This document shows positions 49,307 to 61,059 of a stretch of 64,000 nucleotides of DNA, one piece after another; positions within the stretch are counted from its first letter, which is position 1, and each line of letters opens with the position of its first letter. The stretch is from Eubacteriales bacterium. Lineage in GTDB: Bacteria; Bacillota; Clostridia; Oscillospirales; JAAYXM01. Both the position numbers and the translations under genes were made by a program. Where the stretch lies: positions 13,013 to 77,012 of the forward strand of contig JAZTYJ010000023.1 of NCBI GenBank assembly GCA_045636865.1, given 5' to 3'. The notes beneath the pieces are model-generated. The model did not search any database. It worked only from the letters and a program-made list of their open reading frames with translations, and was not told the origin of the DNA.

Positions 49307-50983
49307 ATGACTTACAAAACTGATATTGAAATTGCGCAGAGTTGCGAAATGAAGCACATAACCGAAATTGCGGCGAAGGCTTCAATTGATGACAAGTATA
49401 TTGAGCAATACGGCAGATACAAGGCGAAAATAGATCCTGCACTTCTTTATGAAAGCACGAAAGAAGACGGAAAGCTTGTTCTTGTAACAGCTATAACGCC
49501 TACTCCGGCAGGAGAAGGAAAGACCACAACGACAATCGGTCTTGCAGACGGTCTCTCAAGGATCGGCAAAAAGGTTACAGTTGCTCTTCGCGAGCCGTCT
49601 CTCGGACCTGTTTTCGGAGTCAAGGGCGGTGCGGCAGGCGGCGGCTATGCACAGATTGTTCCTATGGAGGATATCAACCTTCATTTTACGGGCGATTTCC
49701 ACGCTATCGGTGCGGCAAACAACCTTCTTGCGGCAATGCTCGATAACCACATCCATCAGGGCAATGCTCTCGGAATTGATGTCAATAAGATAACGTGGCG
49801 CCGTTGCGTTGATATGAATGACCGAGTTCTGCGAAACACCGTATGCGGACTTGGCGGAAGCAAAAACGGTGTTACACGTGAGGATGGGTACGACATCACG
49901 GTTGCAAGCGAAATTATGGCAGTTTTGTGCCTTTCAAGCTCAATTTCAGATTTGAAAGCACGCCTTTCAAGAATCATTGTAGGTTATACTTACGACGGAA
50001 ACCCCGTTACCTGCGGCGAGCTCAATGCCGCAGGCGCGATGACAGCACTCCTTAAGGATGCACTCAAGCCGAATCTTGTTCAGACGCTTGAGGGAACTCC
50101 GGCATTTGTCCACGGTGGTCCGTTTGCAAACATTGCTCACGGATGCAACTCTGTTATGGCTACGCGTATGGCGCTTAAAATGGGCGATTATACGGTAACT
50201 GAAGCAGGTTTTGGTGCCGACCTTGGCGCAGAAAAATTCCTCGATATTAAGTGCCGTGTAGCAGGTCTCGTGCCGTCAGCAGTTGTGGTTGTTGGTACCG
50301 TCAGAGCGCTTAAGATGCACGGCGGCAGAGCGAAGGATGAGCTTGCAAACGAAGATATAAAGGCTCTTGAGGCAGGTATTCCGAATCTTCTTCGCCACGT
50401 AAAGAACATCAAAGAGGTTTATAAGCTTCCGTGTGTGGTAGCAATAAACCGCTTCCCGACAGATACCGATAACGAAATCAAATTCATTATCGATAAATGC
50501 CGTGAGCTTGGAGTAAATACGGTTCTTTCAACTGTCTGGGCAGATGGTGGACGCGGTGGCGAAGAGCTTGCCCGCGAGGTTATCCGTCTCTGCGAAGAGG
50601 AAAAGGGCGACTTTACCTTCAGCTACGAGCTTGACACTACGATAGAAGAAAAAATCGAGGCAGTTGTCACGAAGGTTTATGGCGGTGAGGGAATTGTAGT
50701 TTTGCCTGAAGCTAAAAAGCAGATAGAAAAGCTTACTTCTCTCGGACTTTCAAAGCTTCCGATATGCGTTGCCAAAACGCAGTACAGCTTCTCGGATGAT
50801 CCGAAAAAGCTCGGCGCACCTGAAAACTTCAAGGTTACAATAAAGAACGTTAAAGTATCTGCAGGTGCAGGGTTTATAGTTGTTCTCACCGGTGATATAA
50901 TGACGATGCCGGGGTTACCGAAAGTTCCGGCAGCAGAGAAGATAGATGTTACAGACGACGGAAAAATAACAGGTCTTTTCTAA
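49307..50983 (+). CDS. fhs: formate--tetrahydrofolate ligase
   Basis: [28 protein letters not shown] and AKTQYS; start at ATG 49307 after GGAGGTG. Confidence 0.97.
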   Translation: MTYKTDIEIAQSCEMKHITEIAAKASIDDKYIEQYGRYKAKIDPALLYESTKEDGKLVLVTAITPTPAGEGKTTTTIGLADGLSRIGKKVTVALREPSLGPVFGVKGGAAGGGYAQIVPMEDINLHFTGDFHAIGAANNLLAAMLDNHIHQGNALGIDVNKITWRRCVDMNDRVLRNTVCGLGGSKNGVTREDGYDITVASEIMAVLCLSSSISDLKARLSRIIVGYTYDGNPVTCGELNAAGAMTALLKDALKPNLVQTLEGTPAFVHGGPFANIAHGCNSVMATRMALKMGDYTVTEAGFGADLGAEKFLDIKCRVAGLVPSAVVVVGTVRALKMHGGRAKDELANEDIKALEAGIPNLLRHVKNIKEVYKLPCVVAINRFPTDTDNEIKFIIDKCRELGVNTVLSTVWADGGRGGEELAREVIRLCEEEKGDFTFSYELDTTIEEKIEAVVTKVYGGEGIVVLPEAKKQIEKLTSLGLSKLPICVAKTQYSFSDDPKKLGAPENFKVTIKNVKVSAGAGFIVVLTGDIMTMPGLPKVPAAEKIDVTDDGKITGLF

Positions 50984-50993
50984 AATTAAACCA

Positions 50994-51023
50994 AAAAGGA
51001 GCAGATGTAAGTCTGCTCCTTTT
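50994..51023. terminator. terminator after fhs
   Basis: AAAAGGAGCAGA-N6-TCTGCTCCTTTT. Confidence 0.8.
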
Positions 51024-51028
51024 ATAGC

Positions 51029-51065
51029 AAAAAGAGGTAAAGTCAAATTGACTTTACCTCTTTTT
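51029..51065. terminator. second, bidirectional terminator closing the NhaC gene
   Basis: Perfect inverted repeat AAAAAGAGGTAAAGTCAA-A-TTGACTTTACCTCTTTTT. Confidence 0.8.
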
Positions 51066-51076
51066 AAGCTCTATGG

Positions 51077-52897
51077 TTAGTTCTTTTTAGCTGTAGCAAG
51101 CTTGATGACAAAGAGAGTTGCAAGCATCAATACGATACCTATCGGGAGAACGATCCAAGCGCTTGTTACAAAACCTGCAATGATGTAGGTTATAAGTGAA
51201 ACTCCAGCAACCAATATAGCATACGGAAGCTGTGTTGAAACGTGGTTTATGTGGTTGCACTGTGCACCTGCCGATGACATAATCGTTGTATCCGAAATCG
51301 GTGAGCAGTGGTCGCCGCAAACAGCACCTGCCATACATGCAGAGATAGCAATGATGCAGATTTCGTTACTGATAGAACCACCGAAGATTGCAAGAACAAT
51401 CGGAATGAGAATACCGAATGTACCCCATGATGTACCTGTTGCAAATGAGAGACCGACAGCAATGAGGAATACGATAGCCGGAAGAAGCGGAAGAACTGCT
51501 GATGCACTTGTGCGGACAAACTCAGCAATGAATATCTTTGCGCCGAGGCTGTCTGTCATAGCCTTAAGAGTCCATGCACAGCAGAGAATCATAATAGCCG
51601 GAACCATTGCTTTGAAGCCTTCGGGGATAGATTCCATGCAAGACTTGAATGTGAGAACGCGTCTGCACATAAAGTAGATGATTGAGAAGATAAGGCCTGC
51701 AAACGAACCGAATACAAGACCCTGTGAAGCATCTGCGTTTGAGAAGGATTCAACAAAGCTTGCGCCTGAGAAGAATCCGCCTGAGTAGATAAGACCGAGA
51801 ACGCAAGCTGCAACCAAAACTACAACGGGAGCAATAAGGTCCCAGACACTGCCGTTTTTGTTAACATCTTTTTCTTCAAGCTGCTCAAGAATTTCTTTTT
51901 CTTCACAAGAGAAGATATCGCCGTTTGCAGCGTTGAGTTCATGTCTCTTCATCGGACCAAAGTCAAACTTCAAAAGAACGATAGCAACCATCATAACGAT
52001 AGTGAGGATAGCATAGAAGTTGTAGGGGATAGCTCTGATGAAGAGATCAAGACCGCCGATCTGGTCTTCTGAAACAAAGCCTGCAACCGCAGCAGCCCAT
52101 GAAGAAATCGGAGCTATGATGCAGATAGGAGCAGCCGTTGCGTCGATAATGTAGGCAAGTTTTGAACGTGAAATCTTAAACTTATCTGAAACGGGACGCA
52201 TAACAGAACCGACTGTGAGGCAGTTGAAGTAGTCATCGATAAAGATAAGAACGCCGAGAGCGATTGTAGCAAGCTGAGCGCCTACGCGGGATTTGATGTG
52301 GGTTGAAGCCCAACGACCGAATGCGGCAGAACCGCCTGACTTGTTCATAAGAGAAACAATTGCGCCGAGGATAACAAGGAAGATAAGAATTCCTATGTTG
52401 TACGGGTCAGCAATTGAAGTAATGAAACCGTCAACAAAGAGGTGGTCAATTGTTCCTGCGAAGTTGAAGTTTGCATACATCAGCGCGCCTGCGGCAATAC
52501 CGATGAAGAGAGAAGAATAAACTTCTTTTGTGATAAGTGCAAGAACGATAGCAATAATCGGCGGAATCAATGCAAAACCTGTAGCAAACGGCTTAACGTC
52601 GTTTCTTTTTGCATCAAGTGCTTTTTCAAGGTTTTCGCCGAAAACTTCACCGTCTGTTGAACCGACATTGTCTGAATAGTTGTCGATGAAGGTTGAAGCT
52701 GCGGTGGAATAGTCTGCGATTTCGTCATCCGACATTGTGCTTGCATCAAAAGCAGGTGCGTCAGTGATGTAAGCAACTGCGTTGTCGTTGTCCGAAAGGT
52801 CAACGTCTGATGCTACTGCTGTAGGAACGAATGTGCAAATCAGCATAACAATAAGAGCTGAAATTGCGAGAATGCGCGATTTTCTTGAGTGAGTCAT
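51077..52897 (-). CDS. NhaC-family transporter, LysW-like (probable lysine uptake)
   Basis: IFIDDYFN, DATAAP, FATGTSWGTF and GDHCSPISDTT motifs; lies downstream of a lysine riboswitch. Confidence 0.88.
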   Translation of the reverse strand: MTHSRKSRILAISALIVMLICTFVPTAVASDVDLSDNDNAVAYITDAPAFDASTMSDDEIADYSTAASTFIDNYSDNVGSTDGEVFGENLEKALDAKRNDVKPFATGFALIPPIIAIVLALITKEVYSSLFIGIAAGALMYANFNFAGTIDHLFVDGFITSIADPYNIGILIFLVILGAIVSLMNKSGGSAAFGRWASTHIKSRVGAQLATIALGVLIFIDDYFNCLTVGSVMRPVSDKFKISRSKLAYIIDATAAPICIIAPISSWAAAVAGFVSEDQIGGLDLFIRAIPYNFYAILTIVMMVAIVLLKFDFGPMKRHELNAANGDIFSCEEKEILEQLEEKDVNKNGSVWDLIAPVVVLVAACVLGLIYSGGFFSGASFVESFSNADASQGLVFGSFAGLIFSIIYFMCRRVLTFKSCMESIPEGFKAMVPAIMILCCAWTLKAMTDSLGAKIFIAEFVRTSASAVLPLLPAIVFLIAVGLSFATGTSWGTFGILIPIVLAIFGGSISNEICIIAISACMAGAVCGDHCSPISDTTIMSSAGAQCNHINHVSTQLPYAILVAGVSLITYIIAGFVTSAWIVLPIGIVLMLATLFVIKLATAKKN

Positions 52898-52912
52898 ATC
52901 TCATCCTCCTAA

Positions 52913-52955
52913 AAAATTAGAGGCTATGATACATGGTGAGCAGTATCATAACCTC
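52913..52955 (-). terminator. lysine riboswitch terminator hairpin
   Basis: Minus strand GAGGTTATGATAC-loop-GTATCATAGCCTC-TAATTTTTT, just before the RBS. Confidence 0.7.
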
Positions 52956-52975
52956 AGGTGACTAAGTTAATTTTC

Positions 52976-53134
52976 GATAGCGCTCCACGTATCTGTGACA
53001 GTCCGGAGCATATTTTGCTCCGACCCAACAAAACACCTTCTCAGGAAAAGATGTTTTGTTTCGGCATCGGTTCCTTTCACAGATCCACAATTCCTGAAAA
53101 AAGACCGGCTAATCTTAACCAATGCGCCTCTATC
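52976..53134 (-). ncRNA. lysine riboswitch (L-box)
   Basis: Minus strand GATAGAGGCGC...AAAGG...GCCGAA...TTGGG...GACTGTCAC...GTGGAGCGCTATC; P1 GATAG/CTATC. Confidence 0.9.
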
Positions 53135-53149
53135 TGTTTAATTAACTAC

Positions 53150-53178
53150 ATATTAACATATTATGACAAAATTTTCAA
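53150..53178 (-). promoter_or_regulatory. SigA promoter of the lysine riboswitch leader
   Basis: TTGAAA-N17-TAATAT with extended TG. Confidence 0.55.
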
Positions 53179-53188
53179 GTATTAGTTT

Positions 53189-53890
53189 TCAAAGCTTGTT
53201 TTTTAAGTTTAAAAGTGCGCTTCGTTCTATCCGCGAGACCTGAACCTGTGAGATTTTCATGATCTTTGCTGTTTGGTTCTGGGTGAGAGAACGAAAGAAA
53301 CGAAGGCGTATTACGGTTGCTTCCCGCTCGGATAGAGAGTTTATTGCATCGGAAATTGAAATTTGCTCAAGTGTTTTGTCTTCAATTCCGGAATTCCCGA
53401 GAATTTCGCCAAGAGTCTGACCGTCGTCGTTGATTTCTCTATTAAGTGAGTCTGTATATGACGTTGCGGATTCGGCTTCTGCAATTTCCTCAACGGTGTA
53501 CCCGCTTGCCGAGGCGATTTCCGAAATTGTCGCATCGCGACCGAGGCTCATCTGAAGTTCATCGGCAATAAACCTTATTTTTGTGGCTTTTTCCTTCAAT
53601 GTGCGGCTTACCTTTATCATACCGTCATCACGGAGAAAACGTCTGATTTCCCCCATAATTTTCGGAACAGCATAAGTTGAAAATTGGTTTCCGAGTGATG
53701 TGTCAAATCCGCGAATCGCTTTTAAAAGTCCAAGGCAACCGAGTTGATAAAGATCGTCAGAATCATATCCTCTGCCGAGAAAGCGTTTTACAATGCTCCA
53801 TATAAGAGGGGTGTTGTCGGTTATAAGCTTTTCAAATGCGAGCTCGTCACCGTTCTTTGCGGATTCAATGAGAAGCTCTGTTTCACTCAC
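53189..53890 (-). CDS. sigF: sporulation sigma factor SigF
   Basis: DLYQLGCLGL, FSTYAVP.IMGEIRRFLRDDG and SQVQVSRIE; follows spoIIAA-AB. Confidence 0.92.
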   Translation of the reverse strand: MSETELLIESAKNGDELAFEKLITDNTPLIWSIVKRFLGRGYDSDDLYQLGCLGLLKAIRGFDTSLGNQFSTYAVPKIMGEIRRFLRDDGMIKVSRTLKEKATKIRFIADELQMSLGRDATISEIASASGYTVEEIAEAESATSYTDSLNREINDDGQTLGEILGNSGIEDKTLEQISISDAINSLSEREATVIRLRFFRSLTQNQTAKIMKISQVQVSRIERSALLNLKNKL

Positions 53891-54333
53891 GAAGTCCGTC
53901 CTCCGCTGCGCATGGAAATGCGCTTTTTCATTGAAACGGTAGTTCCTTTTCCGGGAGTTGAGCGAACCTTAAGGTTGTCGGTAAAGGTTTCCATGATAGT
54001 GAAACCCATTCCTGATCTGTCGGAGCCGCCGGTGGTGAACATGGGAGTTTTTGCAGCTTCGATATCGGGGATGCCGAGACCGCGGTCACGGATGGTCATC
54101 TCAAAAATATTGCCCTCATAGATTCGGAGCTTTATGTAAATTTTGCCGACGGAATCGGGGTACGCGTGTACGATACAGTTTGTAACAGCCTCGCTTACCG
54201 CGGTTTTGATATCACCGATTTCTTCGAGAGTCGGGTCAAGCTGTGCGGCAAAGGCAGAAACTGCGGCTCTTGCATAACTTTCGTTTGTCGATTTGCTTGG
54301 GAAAGTGAGTGTAATTTCGTTTAAAATGTTCAT
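53887..54333 (-). CDS. spoIIAB: anti-sigma F factor
   Basis: NESYAR, KTAVSEAVTNCIVHAY and RSGMGFTIME motifs. Confidence 0.96.
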   Translation of the reverse strand: MNILNEITLTFPSKSTNESYARAAVSAFAAQLDPTLEEIGDIKTAVSEAVTNCIVHAYPDSVGKIYIKLRIYEGNIFEMTIRDRGLGIPDIEAAKTPMFTTGGSDRSGMGFTIMETFTDNLKVRSTPGKGTTVSMKKRISMRSGGRTS

Positions 54334-54342
54334 AATAACCTC

Positions 54343-54675
54343 CTAAATTGATGCTTTTGCAGGATTTTTTGCAGAAATATTTATAAGTTTACATATGCCT
54401 GCGGTTGAGAAAACCTTATAAGCTTGTCCCGGAACGTTTATGAGAGAAAAAGTGCCGCCAAATGCAGTAGCCTTTTTGTATGAGCCGATAACAAGTGCGA
54501 TTCCTGAACTGTCCATAAAGCTCACACCGTCAAAATCAAGAGTCAGATGAAGCGGAAGCTCAATATCAATAAGCTTTGAGATTTCGGGGATCGCGACTCT
54601 TGCGGCGTGGTGGTCGAGATCTCCGTGCACGGTGATATGAAGTGTGCCGCCGTCGCGATTTGAAGTAATTTCCAT
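54343..54675 (-). CDS. spoIIAA: anti-anti-sigma F factor (STAS domain)
   Basis: GDLDHH and FMDSSGI phospho-Ser motif. Confidence 0.92.
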   Translation of the reverse strand: MEITSNRDGGTLHITVHGDLDHHAARVAIPEISKLIDIELPLHLTLDFDGVSFMDSSGIALVIGSYKKATAFGGTFSLINVPGQAYKVFSTAGICKLINISAKNPAKASI

Positions 54676-54827
54676 AATAACTTGTCCTTTCTTTTGTTTT
54701 TAAGTTAATGATACACTTATTTTTGTGCGATAAATGTAAAAAAATGTACGAAAAATATATTATACTTGAAAAAATGGGCAAAACATTATAAAATAACATA
54801 GTAGCTATTTTTATTCGGAGGTTTTAA

Positions 54828-55292
54828 ATGAACGGTTTTCAGACTTTTTTGAGCAATCAGTTTTTGGTTATAAGCTTGTCATCGTGGATTTTTGCACAGG
54901 TGCTGAAACTTATAATTCATACAATTATATACAAGAACTTTGATGTTATGCGTCTTTTTGGAGACGGTGGAATGCCGAGTGGTCATTCTGCAACAGTTGC
55001 ATCTCTTGCAACCGTCTCGGGATTAACGTATGGCATAGGCAGTTTTCAGTTTGCAGTTACGTTGGTTCTTGCAATAATCGTTTGCCACGATGCTATGGGA
55101 GTTCGTCTTGAAACGGGCAAGCAGGCAGTTGTTTTAAATGATATTGTGGAGGCGTTCAATGTTTTGTCGACGGAGAAACTCCCCGAAGTCAAGCTCAAGG
55201 AGTTTGTAGGACACACTCCGATACAGGTGATTTCGGGCGTTTTGCTCGGCGTTGCAAACTCATTTATAATGTTCTACTGTTTCTATATATAG
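54828..55292 (+). CDS. divergent PAP2 (DUF212) family protein
   Basis: GGMPSGHSA, DAMGVR..G.QA and GHTP motifs. Confidence 0.88.
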   Translation: MNGFQTFLSNQFLVISLSSWIFAQVLKLIIHTIIYKNFDVMRLFGDGGMPSGHSATVASLATVSGLTYGIGSFQFAVTLVLAIIVCHDAMGVRLETGKQAVVLNDIVEAFNVLSTEKLPEVKLKEFVGHTPIQVISGVLLGVANSFIMFYCFYI

Positions 55293-55304
55293 GAGGAAAG
55301 CTTT

Positions 55305-57452
55305 ATGTCTCATGCAGAAATAATTGCAAAGGAATTCGATGTCCGTGAGGACTATGTTTTAAATATAATCGCACTTTTAGATGAGGGAAACACCATTACG
55401 TTTATTGCACGCTATCGAAAAGAGCAACATGGCACGATGGACGATCAGCTCATCCGTCAGATTGCAGATAAGCTTGAATACTTGAGAAATCTCGATGCAA
55501 GACGTGAAGAGGTAAGGGGGCTTATCGAGGCGCAGGGAAATCTCACCGAAGAAATTTCGGAAGCTCTCAACAAGGCAGAAACTCTTGCGGAAATCGATGA
55601 TATTTACAGACCTTTCCGTCCGAAGAGAAAAACGCGTGCATCAGTCGCAAAAGAAAAAGGTCTTGAGCCGCTTGCAAATCTCATTCTTGAAAGTCAGAAA
55701 ACAAACGATGATCCGAGGACGCTTGCGGAAGACTTTGTCGATGTCGAAAAGGGAGTTGACGATGTTGACGCGGCACTTGCGGGAGCATCTGATATTATTG
55801 CTGAAAACGTGTCGGATAATGCAGAAGTCCGGAAAAGAGTCAGAAATCTTATGCGAATACACGGTCTTGTTGTTTCAGAGTCTGCAAAGGAAGACGAAAC
55901 AAAGCTTTATGAGATGTATTATGAGTTTTCCCAGCCGGTTGATAAAATAGCAGGTCATCGCGTGCTCGCTCTCAACCGCGGTGAAAAAGACGGCTTTTTA
56001 AAGGTCAAAATCTCTCTCGATGAAGAAAGACCGCTCAGATCCATCCGTTCACTTTTTGTTGACGGAACGTCGGCGTGTGCAACGCTCGTTGGTGCGGCTT
56101 GTGAGGATGCATATTCTCGTCTTATTTTCCCGTCGGTTGAAAGGGAAGTCAGATCAGAGCTTACAGATGCGGCATCCGAGGATGCGATAAAGCTCTTTGG
56201 AGTAAATCTTCGTCAGCTTCTTTTGGCACCGCCCGTAAAGGGAAAAATAACACTCGGTCTCGACCCAGGTTATAGAACAGGTTGCAAGCTTGCTGTTGTT
56301 GATGAAACGGGAAAGATTCTTGATACATCGGTCATTTACCCGACTCACGGCGGTACGCAGGAAGAAAAATCAAAAGAGATTTTAAAACAGAAGATTAAGA
56401 AATGGAAAGTTGAAATAATAGCAATCGGAAACGGAACAGCTTCAAAGGAAACCGAGATTTTCTGTGCGAAAACGCTCAGGGAGATAGAAGAAAAGGTTTC
56501 ATATATGGTTGTTTCCGAAGCGGGTGCGTCGGTATATTCAGCATCAAAGCTCGCGGCAGAGGAAATGCCTGATTTTGACCTTACTTTAAGATCGGCAGTT
56601 TCAATTGCAAGAAGACTTCAGGACCCGCTTGCAGAGCTTGTCAAGATTGATCCGAAAGCGATCGGTGTAGGGCAGTATCAGCACGATATGCCGCAGAAAA
56701 GGCTCGCTGAGGCTCTGGACGGAGTGGTTGAAGATTGTGTTAATGCAGTAGGCGCAGATCTCAACACTGCATCTGCGGCGCTTCTCGGTCATATTTCAGG
56801 TTTAAGCTCTGCGGTGTGCAAGAATATTGTTACCTACCGAGAAGAAAACGGAAGCTTTAAAAACCGTGCCGAGCTTAAAAAGGTTCCGAAGCTCGGTGCG
56901 AAGGCGTTTGAGCAGTGTGCCGGATTTTTGCGTGTTCCGGGAAGTGATAACCCGCTTGATAATACGAGCGTTCACCCGGAGTCATACAAAGCGGCAAAGG
57001 ATCTTTTAACGTCTCTTGGAGTCGATATCAAGAAGATTACGGGCGAATGTGATGAAATTCTCGATAAGGCGAAGAGTATCGGTATTTCCGAGCTTTCACA
57101 AAAGATTGGAATCGGTGTTCCGACACTTCAGGATATCTTGAAAGAGCTTGCAAAACCCGGGCGCGATCCGAGAGGAGAGCTTCCTGCGGCAATGCTTCGA
57201 GAAGATGTTATGGACATGAAGGATTTAAAAGAGGGTATGATTCTTCAGGGAACAGTCAGAAATGTTATCGACTTCGGCGCTTTTGTGGATATCGGCGTGC
57301 ACCAGGACGGTCTCGTTCACATTTCGCAGATATGCTCGAGATTTATAAAGCATCCGTCAGAGGTGCTGAAGGTCGGAGATATCGTGCAAGTAAAAGTGCT
57401 CGGTGTCGACCTTAACAAGAAGAGAATCAGCCTTACAATGAAAGATATATAA
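55305..57452 (+). CDS. tex: Tex family RNA-binding transcriptional accessory protein
   Basis: FIARYRKE, DPGYRTGCK, EAGASVYSAS and C-terminal S1 domain. Confidence 0.95.
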   Translation: MSHAEIIAKEFDVREDYVLNIIALLDEGNTITFIARYRKEQHGTMDDQLIRQIADKLEYLRNLDARREEVRGLIEAQGNLTEEISEALNKAETLAEIDDIYRPFRPKRKTRASVAKEKGLEPLANLILESQKTNDDPRTLAEDFVDVEKGVDDVDAALAGASDIIAENVSDNAEVRKRVRNLMRIHGLVVSESAKEDETKLYEMYYEFSQPVDKIAGHRVLALNRGEKDGFLKVKISLDEERPLRSIRSLFVDGTSACATLVGAACEDAYSRLIFPSVEREVRSELTDAASEDAIKLFGVNLRQLLLAPPVKGKITLGLDPGYRTGCKLAVVDETGKILDTSVIYPTHGGTQEEKSKEILKQKIKKWKVEIIAIGNGTASKETEIFCAKTLREIEEKVSYMVVSEAGASVYSASKLAAEEMPDFDLTLRSAVSIARRLQDPLAELVKIDPKAIGVGQYQHDMPQKRLAEALDGVVEDCVNAVGADLNTASAALLGHISGLSSAVCKNIVTYREENGSFKNRAELKKVPKLGAKAFEQCAGFLRVPGSDNPLDNTSVHPESYKAAKDLLTSLGVDIKKITGECDEILDKAKSIGISELSQKIGIGVPTLQDILKELAKPGRDPRGELPAAMLREDVMDMKDLKEGMILQGTVRNVIDFGAFVDIGVHQDGLVHISQICSRFIKHPSEVLKVGDIVQVKVLGVDLNKKRISLTMKDI

Positions 57453-57466
57453 AGGAGAGATGAAAA

Positions 57467-57691
57467 ATGCCGTATGTAGCAATTAAAGCATTCCCAAAGG
57501 AAGAAGAATCCACGAAAGAAGTTGTAAGAAGAATCAATGAGGTTCTTATCGATGTCTGGAAATGCAATCCGGAAGCTATCGCAATTTCAATGGAGGAAGT
57601 TGAGCCTGAAAACTGGGTGAAGGTAGAAAAAGAAGAAATTGAGCCCAAGATGGATAAGATGATGATTTACGCAGGAAAAGAGAACTTTTAA
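57467..57691 (+). CDS. 4-oxalocrotonate tautomerase family protein
   Basis: 74 aa; Pro at position 2 (catalytic Pro-1 after Met removal); ISMEEV.PENW; AAGGAG RBS. Confidence 0.75.
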   Translation: MPYVAIKAFPKEEESTKEVVRRINEVLIDVWKCNPEAIAISMEEVEPENWVKVEKEEIEPKMDKMMIYAGKENF

Positions 57692-57700
57692 CTAAAGTAA

Positions 57701-57737
57701 AAAAACAGCCTTACTCGATTTGAGTAAGGCTGTTTTT
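57701..57737. terminator. bidirectional terminator
   Basis: AAAAACAGCCTTACTC-N5-GAGTAAGGCTGTTTTT. Confidence 0.85.
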
Positions 57738-57758
57738 GTTCTGTTTTTGGAATCCGGA

Positions 57759-59399
<1,641 letters not shown>

Positions 59400-59425
59400 T
59401 TACCTACCTTTATAAGATTTGAAAA

Positions 59426-59716
<291 letters not shown>

Positions 59717-59738
59717 TTACCTCCTGAATTGATCTGTT

Positions 59739-59765
59739 TTAGCACTCGTTAGTGTAGAGTGCTAA
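59739..59765. promoter_or_regulatory. CIRCE element (HrcA operator)
   Basis: Perfect TTAGCACTC-N9-GAGTGCTAA upstream of groES. Confidence 0.97.
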
Positions 59766-59775
59766 TTCCTTATAT

Positions 59776-59804
59776 ATAATAAAATATGTTGATGTTTTTT
59801 GCAA
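59776..59804 (-). promoter_or_regulatory. SigA promoter of groESL
   Basis: TTGCAA-N17-TATTAT. Confidence 0.65.
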
Positions 59805-59829
59805 ACAGGAAATTTTCGGAAAAACAGAC

Positions 59830-59877
59830 AAAAAAAGAACAAAACAGAGGTTTAACCAAAGTACCTCTGTTTTGCTC
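59830..59877 (-). terminator. terminator after the THUMP methyltransferase gene
   Basis: 12-bp stem CAAAACAGAGGT/ACCTCTGTTTTG followed by a T tract on the minus strand. Confidence 0.65.
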
Positions 59878-59939
59878 CGAAAATCTCTTGTTTTCTCTGA
59901 AAATCTCAAAAATCAAACTTTTTCATAAATATTTAATAT

Positions 59940-61052
59940 TTAAAAGTACATATAAAGCTCGCATTTAATCATTCCATTATACATTTTTCTGCGTTTTTTC
60001 GCCTTTTTGCCGTAAAAAAATTCAAATTCCGGATGAGAAGTAATAATGTATGATGAAAAATTCGGCAAACGCGACATTGCTTTGCCAAAATCCTTATAAA
60101 GACGTTCTGCATCACGGATTTCCATAAGTCGCTGACCGTAGGGAGGGTTTGCAACACAGATTCCCGCATCGTGTCGAGGTGCAAATCTTGTCGCATCGGC
60201 ATTTTCAAATGTTATGTACTTGTCAACACCGGCCTTTTTTGCATTCGACTTTGCAAGTGCTATCGCTTCAGTGTCAACGTCGCCGCCCCAAAGCTCAAAA
60301 TCTCTTGTAAACATCTTTGTTTTCGCCGTCTCCCTGACGGAAGTCCAGATTCCTTTATCCGACATTTCCCAGCTCTCTGCGGCAAAGCGGCGCGAAAGAC
60401 CGGGAGCACGGTTTTCTGCAATCATCGCAGCTTCAATAAGAAGCGTGCCCGAACCGCAGAACGGATCACAGAAAAACTCGCGTCCTCTGTATTTTGAAAG
60501 TGTTACAATAGCGGCGGCAAGTGTCTCGCGGAGAGGAGCCGCACCCGACGTCGCGCGATATCCGCGTTTGTGAAGTCCGGGACCTGTCGTGTCGAGATAA
60601 ACCTGGCAGATGTCGTGCATAATTGAAAACTGAATCTGATACTTGCTGCCGGTTTCTTCAAAATAAGAAATGAAATACTTTGTTTTAAGCCGCTCAACAA
60701 CCGCTTTCTTTATGATACTCTGGCAGTCGGGGATGGAGAAGAGCTTTGAATTTAAGCTGTGCCCCTTGACAGGGAAAGCACCGTCTTTCGGAATAAGATC
60801 CTCCCACGGAAGAGCCTTTATACCGTCAAAAAGCTCGGTAAAGGTGGTAGCCTTGAAAGTTCCGACGACGAGAAGAACTCTCTCGCCCGTGCGGAGCCAG
60901 ATATTAGCGCGCGCCATATCCTCGAAGGTGCCGTCGAAAAAGACTCTGCCGTTTTCGGCTTTCACATTCTCAAGACCGAGATGCGAAAGCTCTTTAGAGG
61001 CAATTCCCTCAAGACCGAAGAGGGTAGGGACACAAAATCTGAATTTAGTCAT
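59940..61052 (-). CDS. THUMP-domain class I SAM RNA methyltransferase (RlmL/YpsC-like)
   Basis: LHKRGYR, APLRETLAA, DPFCGSGT and NPPYG; start reassigned to ATG 61052 after GGAGTG. Confidence 0.9.
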   Translation of the reverse strand: MTKFRFCVPTLFGLEGIASKELSHLGLENVKAENGRVFFDGTFEDMARANIWLRTGERVLLVVGTFKATTFTELFDGIKALPWEDLIPKDGAFPVKGHSLNSKLFSIPDCQSIIKKAVVERLKTKYFISYFEETGSKYQIQFSIMHDICQVYLDTTGPGLHKRGYRATSGAAPLRETLAAAIVTLSKYRGREFFCDPFCGSGTLLIEAAMIAENRAPGLSRRFAAESWEMSDKGIWTSVRETAKTKMFTRDFELWGGDVDTEAIALAKSNAKKAGVDKYITFENADATRFAPRHDAGICVANPPYGQRLMEIRDAERLYKDFGKAMSRLPNFSSYIITSHPEFEFFYGKKAKKRRKMYNGMIKCELYMYF

Positions 61053-61059
61053 ATAAGTA

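Noticed and set aside
52958-53185. 75-aa plus-strand ORF
   Set aside because: It is antisense to the lysine riboswitch and has no protein features
54676-54827. Expected SigH promoter and Spo0A boxes for spoIIA
   Set aside because: No convincing consensus could be identified by eye
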